DNA of 63,455 nucleotides, the filler included, from Actinomycetota bacterium (GTDB lineage: Bacteria > Actinomycetota > Actinomycetes > JAKEEW01), in assembly GCA_046725875.1 (NCBI GenBank). It is 6 parts of 6 records of this genome, joined end to end, with 100 filler letters (N's around TTAATTAATTAA, not from the genome) between each part and the next. Parts side by side here need not be neighbours in the genome. Positions count along the whole stretch, not along the records: positions 5,679 to 15,906 come from JBKOZJ010000002.1; positions 16,007 to 33,287 come from JBKOZJ010000003.1; 4 more parts are not named here. One strand, 5' to 3'. This document shows, in pieces, positions 9,891 through 19,572 of the stretch. Position 1 is the first letter of the stretch. Each line of letters starts with the position of its first letter. The notes beneath the pieces are model-generated. The model was not told the origin of the DNA, did no database searches, and saw only the letters and a list, made by a program, of their open reading frames with translations. A program made the position numbers and the translations under genes.

Positions 9891-12173
9891 ATGACTCACC
9901 TGTCCACGCTCGACGATCAACAAGACTCACTCATCGTGGCGCGACCGGGACCGCTGGGCAGACTAGCCGGCGTCTCGTTCCGCTGGCGCGGGCGCGTCGT
10001 TCTCGGCTGGATCGCCGCGCTCGCCGTGGCGATCGGCCTGTCTGCCGCGTTCGCCGGCGACTTCACCGCCGACTACTCCACGCCCGGCTCGGACTCGAAG
10101 CAGGCCCAGGACCTGCTGGAGCAGCGCTTCCCCGCGCAGTCCGGTGACACCGTGGACGTCGTCGTTCGGGCCGACCGGCCGGTCACCGAGGCGGCCGTAC
10201 GCTCGGAGGTCACCGACCTCCTCGACGAGCTGCGCGGCCTGCCGCACGTCGCGGCTGTCGACGACCCGTACACGACTCAGGGCGGCATCGCCGAGAACGG
10301 CCAGACTCTGATCGCCCAGCTCAACCTCGATGTGGTCAACCCAGTCGACATGCCGGTCGAGGACACCGAGCAGCTACTTGCGGCCGCCGATGCGGCCGAG
10401 CGGCCCGGGCTCGAGGTCGCGCTGGGCGGCCAGACCATCCAGCAGGCCGAGCAGAGCGAGATCGGCTCGGAGATGATTGCCCTGGTCGTCGCGGCCTTGA
10501 TCCTGCTCGTTACATTCGGCACCGTCGTGGCCGCCGGGCTGCCGCTCGGGGTCGCCCTCGCCGGCCTGGCGGTCAGCGCGGCACTGACCGGGGTCATCGC
10601 GGCGCTCGCCGACGTGCCCGACTGGTCGACCGCGCTGGCCACAATGATGGGCATCGCGCTCGGCATCGATTACACGCTGCTCATGATCACCAGGTTCCGC
10701 GAGTGGCGGGCGGTCGGCTTGGAACCCGAGGCGGCAACCGTCGCGGCCCTCGACACGGCCGGACGCGCCGTGCTGGTCGCCGGCAGCACCGTGATCGTGA
10801 GCATGCTCGGCCTCTTCGCGATGGGCCTGTCCTTCATGCGCGGCGCCGCCGTGGTCACGATTGCCGCGGTCTTCATCGTCATGGCGGCGGCAGTCACCCT
10901 GTTCCCGGCCCTGCTTGGGTACCTGGGCCGCTGGGTGGACCGGCTCCGGCTGCCGATCGGCCGGCGCTCCGTGCCGCAGGTCACCGCCGGTGGCCACCTC
11001 GTACCGACTCGGCGGTGGGCGGTCTGGACCCGGCTCATCGACCGGCACCGCATCCTCGCCACGGTCGGCGGCACCGCTGTCCTGCTGGCGCTGGCCGCGC
11101 CGTTCCTCGGTGTTCGGTACGGCTTCCCCGACGCCGGCAACGACCCCGAGGACAGGTCGTCCCGGCAGGCATACGACATGGCCGCCGAAAGCTTCGGCGT
11201 CGGTGCCAACGGCCCGCTGCTGATTGCGGCGGAGCTGTCGTCGGCCAATGACAGCAGCACGGTCCAAAACCTCGCCACGGACATCGGCGACACTCCCGGC
11301 GTGGCGACGGCCTCGCCGCCGACGATGAGTGCCGGCGGCAACGCGGCGTTGATCACGGTCATCCCGGAGACCGGGCCGCAGGACAAGGCGACTGAGGACC
11401 TCGTCCGCAAGCTGCGCGCCGACGTCATCCCGGCCGCGACCGACGGCACCGGTGTCGAGGCCCACGTCGGCGGCGTCACCGCGACCAACATCGACTCGAA
11501 CGAAAACGTCTCGAGCCGGCTGCCGTACCTGATCGGCGGCGTGATCGCGCTCTCGATGCTGCTGCTGTTCGCCGCGTTCCGGAGCATCGTGATCCCGCTG
11601 ACCGCCGCGGTGATGAACCTGCTCTCGGTCGCCGCGGCCTATGGAGTCATGTCGTACGTCCTGGAAGGCGGCTGGGCCGGCCAACTGCTCGGCATCGACA
11701 CCGAGACGCCGATGCCCGGCTTTGTGCCCGTGATCGTGTTCGCCGTACTGTTCGGGCTGTCGATGGACTACGAGGTGTTCCTGATCAGCCGGATGCGAGA
11801 GGCGTGGATGCGGACCGGCGACAATGCCCGCGCCGTCCGCGACGGGCTGGCCGGCACCGGTCGGGTGATCACGGCGGCGGCAGCGATCATGATCGCCGTG
11901 TTCGCGGCGTTCGTGCCCAGCCCCGACATCATCCTCAAGGTCATCGGGCTCGGCATGGCCACGGCCATCCTGGTCGACGCCACGGTTGTCCGGATGCTGC
12001 TCGTGCCAGCCGTGATGCACCTGTTGGGTCGCGCCAACTGGTGGCTGCCGAGGTCGGTCCAGAGCCGGCTGCCCCAGCTGTACGTCGAGGGCCGTCCGGA
12101 GCAGTACCTGCCGGCCCCGGAGGACCCGCTGGCCCACGAGCCGGGCCGCGAGTGGGTCGGCGCACGCGCCTAG
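9891..12173 (+). CDS. MMPL/RND-family transporter
   Basis: SD GGAGG; GIDYTLL.ITRFRE, FGLSMDYEVFLISR, TGRVIT.AA.IM, LG.ANWWLP. Confidence 0.95.
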   Translation: MTHLSTLDDQQDSLIVARPGPLGRLAGVSFRWRGRVVLGWIAALAVAIGLSAAFAGDFTADYSTPGSDSKQAQDLLEQRFPAQSGDTVDVVVRADRPVTEAAVRSEVTDLLDELRGLPHVAAVDDPYTTQGGIAENGQTLIAQLNLDVVNPVDMPVEDTEQLLAAADAAERPGLEVALGGQTIQQAEQSEIGSEMIALVVAALILLVTFGTVVAAGLPLGVALAGLAVSAALTGVIAALADVPDWSTALATMMGIALGIDYTLLMITRFREWRAVGLEPEAATVAALDTAGRAVLVAGSTVIVSMLGLFAMGLSFMRGAAVVTIAAVFIVMAAAVTLFPALLGYLGRWVDRLRLPIGRRSVPQVTAGGHLVPTRRWAVWTRLIDRHRILATVGGTAVLLALAAPFLGVRYGFPDAGNDPEDRSSRQAYDMAAESFGVGANGPLLIAAELSSANDSSTVQNLATDIGDTPGVATASPPTMSAGGNAALITVIPETGPQDKATEDLVRKLRADVIPAATDGTGVEAHVGGVTATNIDSNENVSSRLPYLIGGVIALSMLLLFAAFRSIVIPLTAAVMNLLSVAAAYGVMSYVLEGGWAGQLLGIDTETPMPGFVPVIVFAVLFGLSMDYEVFLISRMREAWMRTGDNARAVRDGLAGTGRVITAAAAIMIAVFAAFVPSPDIILKVIGLGMATAILVDATVVRMLLVPAVMHLLGRANWWLPRSVQSRLPQLYVEGRPEQYLPAPEDPLAHEPGREWVGARA

Positions 12174-12182
12174 ACCGGGAGA

Positions 12183-12256
12183 GGGGCTCGCGATTGCGGG
12201 ATCATGGTGCTCCGAAGCGCCAAACCAGCGACCGCCATCCCGCAATCGCGAGCCCC
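12183..12256. repeat. 20-bp perfect inverted repeat (terminator or REP-like) between convergent genes
   Basis: GGGGCTCGCGATTGCGGGAT (12183-12202) / ATCCCGCAATCGCGAGCCCC (12237-12256). Confidence 0.75.
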
Positions 12257-12313
12257 GCTCGCCAACCCCGGTCAGCAGGCCGGGAGTCACCGAGTGCTAC
12301 GACGACAGCGGGA

Positions 12314-12796
12314 TCACGACTCTGAATCGGTTGCGGCGACGGGGGCGGCCGTCGTCGTTGCGGGGCGCGCCCGGCCGGTCGCCAGCAGGCCCCATCCGAG
12401 GAGAAGGAACACGACGCCGAGGCCGGCCGCCAGCGCGGCCACGCCGAACGCCACGACCGACGTGAAGAGCGAGGCCCGCAGGAACGACGCGGTCATAACG
12501 GTCTGCCGCCTCGGGTCATCCTGCGGCAGCTGGGCATATGTCTGACCACCGGATTCCGCGAGCGCGTGCTTCTCAATTGTTTGCGCCTCTTCGTACGCCG
12601 TGAACGGGCCATCCACCTTGTCGCCGGCGAAGTGATCCGCATCGTCGGAGACGGTGATCTTCTCGTCTGAGAGCTGATCCCTGACCGTGAACCACGTGGC
12701 TATACCGGCGCCAAGCAGGATCACGCCGGCCACCATGATCAGAATACCGATGACGCGCACGCTGCCCGGCGCCCGCAACTGCTGTAACTCGGCCAT
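12314..12796 (-). CDS. Conserved actinobacterial two-TM membrane protein
   Basis: SD GGAG; VDGPFTAY..A..I.KHAL...GGQTYAQL and MTASFLRASLFTSVVAFG. Confidence 0.8.
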   Translation of the reverse strand: MAELQQLRAPGSVRVIGILIMVAGVILLGAGIATWFTVRDQLSDEKITVSDDADHFAGDKVDGPFTAYEEAQTIEKHALAESGGQTYAQLPQDDPRRQTVMTASFLRASLFTSVVAFGVAALAAGLGVVFLLLGWGLLATGRARPATTTAAPVAATDSES

Positions 12797-13083
12797 GCCG
12801 ATCTCCTCTGTTAAGAACGCGTCGGTTCGGGTGGCTTGCCGCGCGGCCGCCGAACCTAACCGAGCATCGGCGCTCCGACGCGAGCTGTAGTGCGTTCAGC
12901 GGCGATTCTTGCGTACGCGTCCTTCCCGGCCCGGTACGCCGAGAGCGTGTCGCGCATGCTCGGCATTCGCCGAGCGACTTAACCAGAAATAACGAGCTGC
13001 TCCGAGTCCTCGCGCCCGGTCCGGCGGAGTCGCTGCGGGGTTCGAGCCGGCCGCAATCCCGATTTCATGACTCGGTCTATCGA

Positions 13084-13374
13084 TCAGTAGGTGGCGGCAT
13101 AGCGTCGCCGCCCGCTTTGGCCGCTTCCCAACCAGTGGCCGATGTCGAAAATGAATCCCAGTACGACGAAGAACCAACCCCAGCCGCTGACCCCGATCAC
13201 GGGGGCATAGGCCAGCACGTAGAAGAGCGTCGCGTACGGAAAGAAGATCAATCCAAGCAGCGGAATGATGAAGCCAGAAAAGGCCCGATCGACGAGGTTC
13301 GTAAAAATCCAGATCAGGACAAGGGCGACCCTAGGGGCGAACCCCGCGAGCAGGGCCAGCAGGCATCCGCACAT
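13084..13374 (-). CDS. Small hypothetical membrane protein
   Basis: GCLLALL...APR, PLLGLIFFPY.TL; three hydrophobic segments. Confidence 0.75.
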   Translation of the reverse strand: MCGCLLALLAGFAPRVALVLIWIFTNLVDRAFSGFIIPLLGLIFFPYATLFYVLAYAPVIGVSGWGWFFVVLGFIFDIGHWLGSGQSGRRRYAATY

Positions 13375-13551
13375 CCGCAGTTCCCCCTCAGCACGCTCGA
13401 GGTATCCGACCGAAGCATCGACGGCTGACGGTCGCACGTGCGCTCGGCGGACGGCCTCATCCGCCGCGGGTGAACCGACGCCTCATGTTTGACACAATCC
13501 ACCGCTGACGCCCACGAGTGCCGGGATTCTCGACCGTTCGCCGTTGGCTAC

Positions 13552-13584
13552 GCTGCGGGGTCGGTCCATCACCGACCCCGCAGC
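13552..13584. repeat. 14-bp perfect hairpin in a divergent intergenic region
   Basis: GCTGCGGGGTCGGT-ccatc-ACCGACCCCGCAGC. Confidence 0.6.
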
Positions 13585-13655
13585 CCTGGGTGGTAGCCAC
13601 CAGCACCGGTTCGTGGGACCTGCACGTACGGTGTCCGTCGGGTTGGAATAGTTGA

Positions 13656-14117
13656 ATGTCTGTGGTGGTCCGGGAGCGGTCCGGCGTTGACCTGGAAGCC
13701 TGCGCCATGCTGCTCTTGCGCGTGCATGGTCTTCACCGTTACCCGATCCACTGGCCCGCCGATCCTGCCGGCTGGCTGAGCCCGCCATACACCCGTGCGG
13801 CATGGGTCGCCGTTCGCGACGACGAGATCGTCGGCCACGTATGTGTCACTGCGTCGGCCGGGCCACCAAGGCGCCTGATCTTGGAGCGGTTGTTCGTGTC
13901 ACCCGATTACGTCGGCCGAGGCGTCGGCAGAGCGTTGGTAACTCACGCGATGAGCTGGGCCCGGCGACAGCAGCAGCCGCTGGCGTTGGACGTGGCCGAT
14001 AACTGTACGAACGCCATCCGGCTGTACACCCGAATCGGCTGGCGTGAGACAGGTCGGACGCAGATCGACTGGGGCGACGGCGTCGCCAAGAGTCTGATCC
14101 ACTTCGACGCTCCATAG
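13656..14117 (+). CDS. GNAT N-acetyltransferase
   Basis: RLFVSP..VGRGVGRAL acetyl-CoA motif; AIRLY...GW. Confidence 0.85.
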   Translation: MSVVVRERSGVDLEACAMLLLRVHGLHRYPIHWPADPAGWLSPPYTRAAWVAVRDDEIVGHVCVTASAGPPRRLILERLFVSPDYVGRGVGRALVTHAMSWARRQQQPLALDVADNCTNAIRLYTRIGWRETGRTQIDWGDGVAKSLIHFDAP

Positions 14118-14279
14118 CAGCGAGATCTCGGCCGATATTGTCCGCATCAGTACAACCAAACGCGGAGCGTGGCACGACACTTACTGCTCCAGAAGCAGTG
14201 CGCCGTGCCGAAACTGCCTACCTCAGTCCGTGACGAAGGATTCGGTCGCCGACCCGCGTGTCGGGAGAAGGGAGACGTG

Positions 14280-14798
14280 GTGAGCGAACATCGCCGCGTT
14301 CCGGCCCCTACGCAACGTCTCGCGTTCCGCCAGATGACAGCAGGCGACCTCGACGACATGGCGGCGCTCCTCGGCGACCCTGAGGTAATGCGGTACTACC
14401 CTCGCCCGAAGAACCGGGACGAAGCTCTGGCCTGGATCGACTGGAACCAGGGGCTCTACCGACAGCAAGGCTTCGGTCTCTGGCTGCTCACACTCAGGGC
14501 CACCGGTGAGTTCGTGGGCGATTGCGGCCTGACGCCGCAACTGGTCGAAGGAACGACCGACATCGAAGTCGGTTATCACATCCTCTGGGCTCTCCAGGGC
14601 CTCGGTTACGCCACCGAAGCAGCGGCTGCTTGCCGTGACCATGCCCGCGATGTGCTCGGCGTGAGGCGGCTCATTGCAATCATCAATCCGGAAAACGTGC
14701 CCTCCCAGCGCGTCGCCGAGAAGATCGGTCTCGCCTACGAGCGTGACGCAATATCCGGCTCGGGCGAGCCGGTACGCATCTACGCCACACGCTTGTGA
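14280..14798 (+). CDS. RimJ/RimL-type GNAT N-acetyltransferase
   Basis: SD GGAG; T.RL.FR, EFVGDCGL, EVGY, GYATEAA, N.PSQRVAEKIG. Confidence 0.9.
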   Translation: MSEHRRVPAPTQRLAFRQMTAGDLDDMAALLGDPEVMRYYPRPKNRDEALAWIDWNQGLYRQQGFGLWLLTLRATGEFVGDCGLTPQLVEGTTDIEVGYHILWALQGLGYATEAAAACRDHARDVLGVRRLIAIINPENVPSQRVAEKIGLAYERDAISGSGEPVRIYATRL

Positions 14799-14816
14799 AG
14801 CTTCCCTGCTCGTTGG

Positions 14817-15446
14817 CTAACCGTATGTGGGGTGCTGCGGCCAGCCAGGAGGCGAGTCCTCCCAATCCTCCTGCCGGCCGTACGGGGTCAGGTCGAGGAT
14901 GTTGTGGCTGAACAGGATCCGGTCCACGCCGCGGGCGGTCGTCGAGTACGTCCGGTAGATGTCATCGCCATCACGCAGGAAAACGCTCAGCATGAAGCCA
15001 CCATTCGCGCCGCAGTCGTCGGAGAACGACGTGCCGCGCGAAGACACGAACGGCACCGCCCAACCCATCTGATCCTTGTATGCCTCGATCTGGGCAAGCG
15101 GCATGTTGGATACGGTCACCCAGGTGACTCCGTACTCGGCCAAATCGGCCAGCACGACGGCCGGGATGTTGTTCGTGAAGTTGGTACAGCCCGGACAGTA
15201 GCGGTCGGGCCCGAGGTCCATGAACTGGTAGACGACCAACTGTTCGCGCCCCTCGAACAGGTCAAGGAGGGTCTTGGTGCCGTCCGGCGTATCGAATGTG
15301 TACGCGCTGCCAAACTTGACCATCGGAAGGCGGCGACGCTGCGCGGCGAGCGCGTCTAGTGCGCGGGTGGCGTTTTTCTCAGCCGTGAGTAGCTCATCAC
15401 GGGCCTGCTGCCACTCCTTGGCGGAAACGATCTCCGGTTTCTCCAT
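14817..15446 (-). CDS. DUF899 thioredoxin-like protein
   Basis: RRRLPMV, LLDLFEGR.QL.VY.FM, CPGC, LDLTPYGRQEDWEDSPPGWPQ. Confidence 0.9.
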   Translation of the reverse strand: MEKPEIVSAKEWQQARDELLTAEKNATRALDALAAQRRRLPMVKFGSAYTFDTPDGTKTLLDLFEGREQLVVYQFMDLGPDRYCPGCTNFTNNIPAVVLADLAEYGVTWVTVSNMPLAQIEAYKDQMGWAVPFVSSRGTSFSDDCGANGGFMLSVFLRDGDDIYRTYSTTARGVDRILFSHNILDLTPYGRQEDWEDSPPGWPQHPTYG

Positions 15447-15555
15447 ACGGCCATTGTGCCAAGCTGACGGGCATCGCCTACACGCCCTGAACCACGGCTC
15501 CACTCAAGGCGGAGAGTGCGTCTCGCGCCATGGCGGGTGTGGCTTCTCGAAGATG

Positions 15556-15906
15556 TCAGAGGTGATCGCCTCGAGTTTTGGCGCGGGCCACGCGGCCCCA
15601 TGCCGACTCCTGGTCCCGTAGCATGGCCAGGGCCTTCTCGATCCGCCGTGTGCGCGTCTCGGCCTTCTTCGCGCTCTCGATAACAAGCACGTGCTCCCGC
15701 CTGCGGGCATAAGACAAGCGGTCGTAGGCGGTGCGGGCGGCCGGATCGCCATCTAGGGCGCGGGCGAAGTCAGCGGGCTCGACTACGACACGGGGCTCGG
15801 CATCGATTTCCAGCTCAACCTCGACCTCGTCGCCGGTCACGACACCGGCGGCTTGTCGGTTGGCGTTGCTGAGGCCGAGCAGGTAGCGGCCACGCATGAT
15901 TGCGAC
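15556..15906 (-). CDS. YdeI/OmpD-associated (DUF1905) protein, 5' partial
   Basis: GD.VEVELE.D.EPR, LSY.RRREHV..IE.AKKAETR.RRIEKA. Confidence 0.85.
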   Translation of the reverse strand, partial: VAIMRGRYLLGLSNANRQAAGVVTGDEVEVELEIDAEPRVVVEPADFARALDGDPAARTAYDRLSYARRREHVLVIESAKKAETRTRRIEKALAMLRDQESAWGRVARAKTRGDHL

Positions 15907-16006
15907 NNNNNNNNNNNNNNNNNNNNNNNNNNNNNNNNNNNNNNNNNNNNTTAATTAATTAANNNNNNNNNNNNNNNNNNNNNNNNNNNNNNNNNNNNNN
16001 NNNNNN
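15907..16006. other. Artificial contig linker
   Basis: N44-TTAATTAATTAA-N44. Confidence 0.99.
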
Positions 16007-16629
16007 ACCAGTCCGCCGGCCACGAGCCCGCCCATAGCGAGGGCTTTGATCGCAGACTCCTGCGGGTCCAGGTCGCGGTCGACTAGCACATCGTCAGACA
16101 GTCGCCGCCTGCGCCGGTACTCGATGGCTGCCGAGAGCGCAGCACCGACCGGGATAGCTAGCGGCGGTGCGAACCCCACGTGGCGACGGAGCGCTGAGCC
16201 GACCTCTTGGCTGGCCGCGGCGGCCAGGCCCGCGAGGCCGCCCGCCGAAAGATGCCAGCCGCCGGTGCGTACCGCACCACGGAGCAGCCGCTCGCGGGGT
16301 CGCTGCCGGAAGGCCGCCTGCACCGCGAGTCCCCCACCGATGGCCGCGAGGTCAGCGACCACATTTAGCCGCTGCCAGGCTGCATCGTCCTCATCATCGA
16401 CCGCCGCGGCGGCAAGACGATGGGCGGCGGCTTCGATGGCGTCCTGGAGGAACGCAGCAGTGGCGTAGTTGCCGGCCGCAAGAACACCGGTGATCAAACC
16501 CTGGTCCATCGCGGATCGCGGCATCAGCGTGCGCTGGAACGACCTGGGGACAGATGCCGCCGCGATGAACATGCCGGCCTGCTCGGCCCTGCTCGCCAAC
16601 GCTCGGCTCGTACGCCTGACCGCGGCCAT
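16007..16629 (-). CDS. Membrane protein, possibly the N-terminus of an alpha/beta-hydrolase-family protein; 3' partial
   Basis: SD GGGAGG; SF.RTLMPRS..DQGLITG and several TM segments; runs into linker. Confidence 0.55.
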
Positions 16630-16858
16630 CCCGGCCTCCCCACAACGAACGCTATTCCGGGCCGCATCATCGCCAGTTGAACACCAGGACCTGCCGATCA
16701 AGCAACCTCGCTTCATGATTATGAATGTGAACTAAACCCGGCGACAATCCGATCGTCTTCGATTCGTTCATCGCCCGCCGGCTCCTGCCGCCGCGCGCAT
16801 ACTCGTTGTCGGGATCGCGTACTGGAATGACTAGAGGCCGTCGCAACGAGGAGGCCAC

Positions 16859-19321
16859 TTGCGGTCGGAGACTGGCAAGCGCGACACGGATCACGCCGGG
16901 CCACTTGTCGCAGACGGCCGGGGGGTCCAGGGCCCCCGGTCAGCTGACGTCCTCGAGCGGGATCCATATCGACTGGGAGCACGGGCGTTCGCGGTACCGG
17001 CTCGGCCGCGCCGGTTTCGCAGGGTCACGGACGCCGTGCTGTTGGGTGCCTCGCTGGTTGTACTCCTCGTCAGCGCAGCCCGTGCGGACGAACCGCCAGG
17101 CGAGGCCGAGGCGGCGTTCGGCTCACTGCTGTCGAGCTCACCCGCCGTCCTTCGACCGGTCTGGCAGATCTCGTTCGATCTCCTCCAGATCTGGGTGGTG
17201 GTCCTGCTCGCGCTGGCGCTTGTCCGGCGCCGATGGGAGCTGGCGCGAGATCTGGTCGCGGTCGTCGCCGTGGCCGCCGTGGGCGCGGCGGTGACCGGGC
17301 GGCTGACCATCGGCGAGTGGCCTGAGCTCTTCGCAGGGCTCGGATCCGCGAACGACCGGATCGACTTTCCATCCTTGGCGCTTGCCACCGGCGCAGGAGC
17401 CGTCGCCGTGTCGGCGCCGTACCTGGCACGGCCCCTGCGCCACCTCGGGCGGTGGTTGGTCTGTCTTGCGTGGCTCGCCGCCATTGCGCTCCAGGTGCTG
17501 GACCCAGGGGACGCCATCGGCGCGCTCTGTCTCGGATGGGCGGCAGCGGCGTTCGTCCACCTGATCGCGGGTTCGCCCGGCGAGCAGCCGTCGTTGCGGG
17601 AGGTGCGCGAGGCGCTACGCGCGATCGACATCGAGGCAGAACCGCGCGCCATCGAAACTTCGGCAGGCGTCGCCCGGGTGATCGCAACGACGCCGGCTGG
17701 TGGAGAGCTCGACATTCGGGTGTACGGCCGGGACGCGTGGGACAGCCAGCTCATTGTGAAGTTGTGGCGTCTGCTGTGGTACCGCTCCGGTGGGCCCGAC
17801 GTGGCTCTCACCAGGCGCCAGCAGATCGAGCACGAGGCGTTTCTGACGTTACTGGCGGAGCGCCGTGGCGTCGCCGTGGCACCGATTGTCGCCGCAGCTG
17901 TCGATGCTCGTCGCGATGCGGTGCTCGTGGCCGAACGAGTCGGCCCTGGCCTGGGTGATGGCACCCGTGAAGTCGATGACGCGGTGCTCTCGTCCTGTTG
18001 GAGCACTCTTCTCGATCTTCATGCTGCCGGGATCCGACACGGGGCGATCGCTCCAAATCGCCTACAGGTGGCGGGAGCGGTGGTGCATCTTGGCGAGTTC
18101 GACCGAGCTGTCGTTGGTTCGGATGCTTTGTCACGGCGAATCGACGAGGCTCAGCTTCTCGCCACAACTGCCGTGGTCGCCGGCACGGAGCGGGCGACGG
18201 CGGTCGCCCGTGCGGCGCTGGGTGACCACGGACTGGCCGCGGTCACCTCCTACGTTCAGCCGGCTGCACTCACGCACAACCTGAGGCAGCGGGCGGCGGC
18301 CGCTGACGTCGACATCGACGCGTTGCGCGAGGTCGCGCGTCGGTCGGTCGGGGGCACAGAGGAGGAGCTCCAGCCGCTGCGGCGGTTCTCGGTCGGACGG
18401 GTGGTGATGGGGGTCCTGCTGCTCCTCGCCGCCGTCGGTCTGGTGAGCGGGCTCCAGGACATCGGGCTCGACGCGATCATCGACGCCGTGCTGGCGGCCA
18501 GCGTGCCGCTGCTGATCCTGGCCCTCGTGATCGGCCAAACACCGAGGCTGGCGAATGCCGTTGCGCTGGCCGTCGCGGCGCCGCTTCGGATTCCCCTGCC
18601 ACGCCTGGCCACGCTGCAGTTCGCGATAACCTTCGTCAACCTCGCAATGCCGTCGACTGTTGCACGCGTGGCTGTCAACATCCGCTTCTTCCAGCGCTGC
18701 GGCCTCGACCGAACGTCGGCGATCACAATCGGCGCCCTCGACAGCCTCGCGGGCTTCGCCGCCCAGATCGGGATCATCCTCACGATTCTGCTGTTCGGAT
18801 TCGGGACGCTTGAGCTCCATCTCGACGAGGCGCACTCCGGGGACGGGTCTGGAGGCCTCCTCATCGTCCTGACGGTGGTGCTCGTGCTCGCGCTGGCCGC
18901 TGTGGCGCTGCTGCCGATGCTGCGCCGCATCGTCGCGTCCGCTCTCAGCAATGTGCGGGAGAAGGTCTTGCCGCTAGTCGAGTCGCCGCGGCGGCTGAGC
19001 GGGGTGCTTGCAGCGAACGTCGTAGTCGAGTTGCTGTTCTCGTTGTGCAGCTACACGGTCCTCCGCGCGTTCGGGCAGGATGTGGCGTTCGCCGACGTGA
19101 TTCTCGTCAACGAGCTTGTGGCCCTCTTCGCCGGCGTCATGCCGGTGCCCGGCGGGATGGGCGTCACAGAGGCGGCCCTCACCGCCGGCTTCATCGCGAT
19201 GGGTGTTGACAGCGCGACCGCGGTGGGTGCGGCGATCGTGTATCGCCTCATCACGTTCTACCTGCCGCCGCTGCTCGGCTACATTGCCCTACGTTCGCTT
19301 CGCCGCGAGCGTTTCCTCTAG
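16859..19321 (+). CDS. Large membrane protein with kinase-like middle domain and C-terminal lysylphosphatidylglycerol-synthase TM (flippase-like) domain
   Basis: N-terminal TMs; VYGRDAWDSQL..K.WR, EHEA, LHAAGIRHG; C-terminal PVPGGMGVTEAAL and YRLITFYLPP. Confidence 0.85.
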   Translation: MRSETGKRDTDHAGPLVADGRGVQGPRSADVLERDPYRLGARAFAVPARPRRFRRVTDAVLLGASLVVLLVSAARADEPPGEAEAAFGSLLSSSPAVLRPVWQISFDLLQIWVVVLLALALVRRRWELARDLVAVVAVAAVGAAVTGRLTIGEWPELFAGLGSANDRIDFPSLALATGAGAVAVSAPYLARPLRHLGRWLVCLAWLAAIALQVLDPGDAIGALCLGWAAAAFVHLIAGSPGEQPSLREVREALRAIDIEAEPRAIETSAGVARVIATTPAGGELDIRVYGRDAWDSQLIVKLWRLLWYRSGGPDVALTRRQQIEHEAFLTLLAERRGVAVAPIVAAAVDARRDAVLVAERVGPGLGDGTREVDDAVLSSCWSTLLDLHAAGIRHGAIAPNRLQVAGAVVHLGEFDRAVVGSDALSRRIDEAQLLATTAVVAGTERATAVARAALGDHGLAAVTSYVQPAALTHNLRQRAAAADVDIDALREVARRSVGGTEEELQPLRRFSVGRVVMGVLLLLAAVGLVSGLQDIGLDAIIDAVLAASVPLLILALVIGQTPRLANAVALAVAAPLRIPLPRLATLQFAITFVNLAMPSTVARVAVNIRFFQRCGLDRTSAITIGALDSLAGFAAQIGIILTILLFGFGTLELHLDEAHSGDGSGGLLIVLTVVLVLALAAVALLPMLRRIVASALSNVREKVLPLVESPRRLSGVLAANVVVELLFSLCSYTVLRAFGQDVAFADVILVNELVALFAGVMPVPGGMGVTEAALTAGFIAMGVDSATAVGAAIVYRLITFYLPPLLGYIALRSLRRERFL

Positions 19322-19470
19322 CGGTCGCGGGCGCAAGCCGGCCAATCCATGCCTGCGCGTTCTGCGACAGTTTCCGTATGCCAGATGGCAAAGATCGCCC
19401 AGCGGACACGGCATCGCGTGCCCCCGCCCACAGGTCCTTTCCGGATAGGCGCCTGCCTTGGCGTATGACA

Positions 19471-19503
19471 AGGGGTCCGACACGCTTGACGTGCCGGACC
19501 CCT
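19471..19503. terminator. Hairpin between convergent genes, probable bidirectional terminator
   Basis: AGGGGTCCGACACG-cttga-CGTGCCGGACCCCT. Confidence 0.55.
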
Positions 19504-19572
19504 CGGGCCGCCACCCTCGACCAGTGCCCGCTTGGTTGGAGCGGCAGAAAGGCAGGAGCAGGAGACGGCTGC

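Noticed and set aside
10374..12290. Long antisense or alternative-frame ORFs (also 30192-31709, 38236-39591, 46871-48109, 59374-60692)
   Set aside because: Shadow ORFs of high-GC genes with Arg/Gly/Pro-rich translations and no recognisable motifs.
12818..12975. Riboswitch-like alternative stems upstream of the membrane protein gene
   Set aside because: Stems of 6-8 bp are expected by chance at this GC content and no known aptamer motif is visible.
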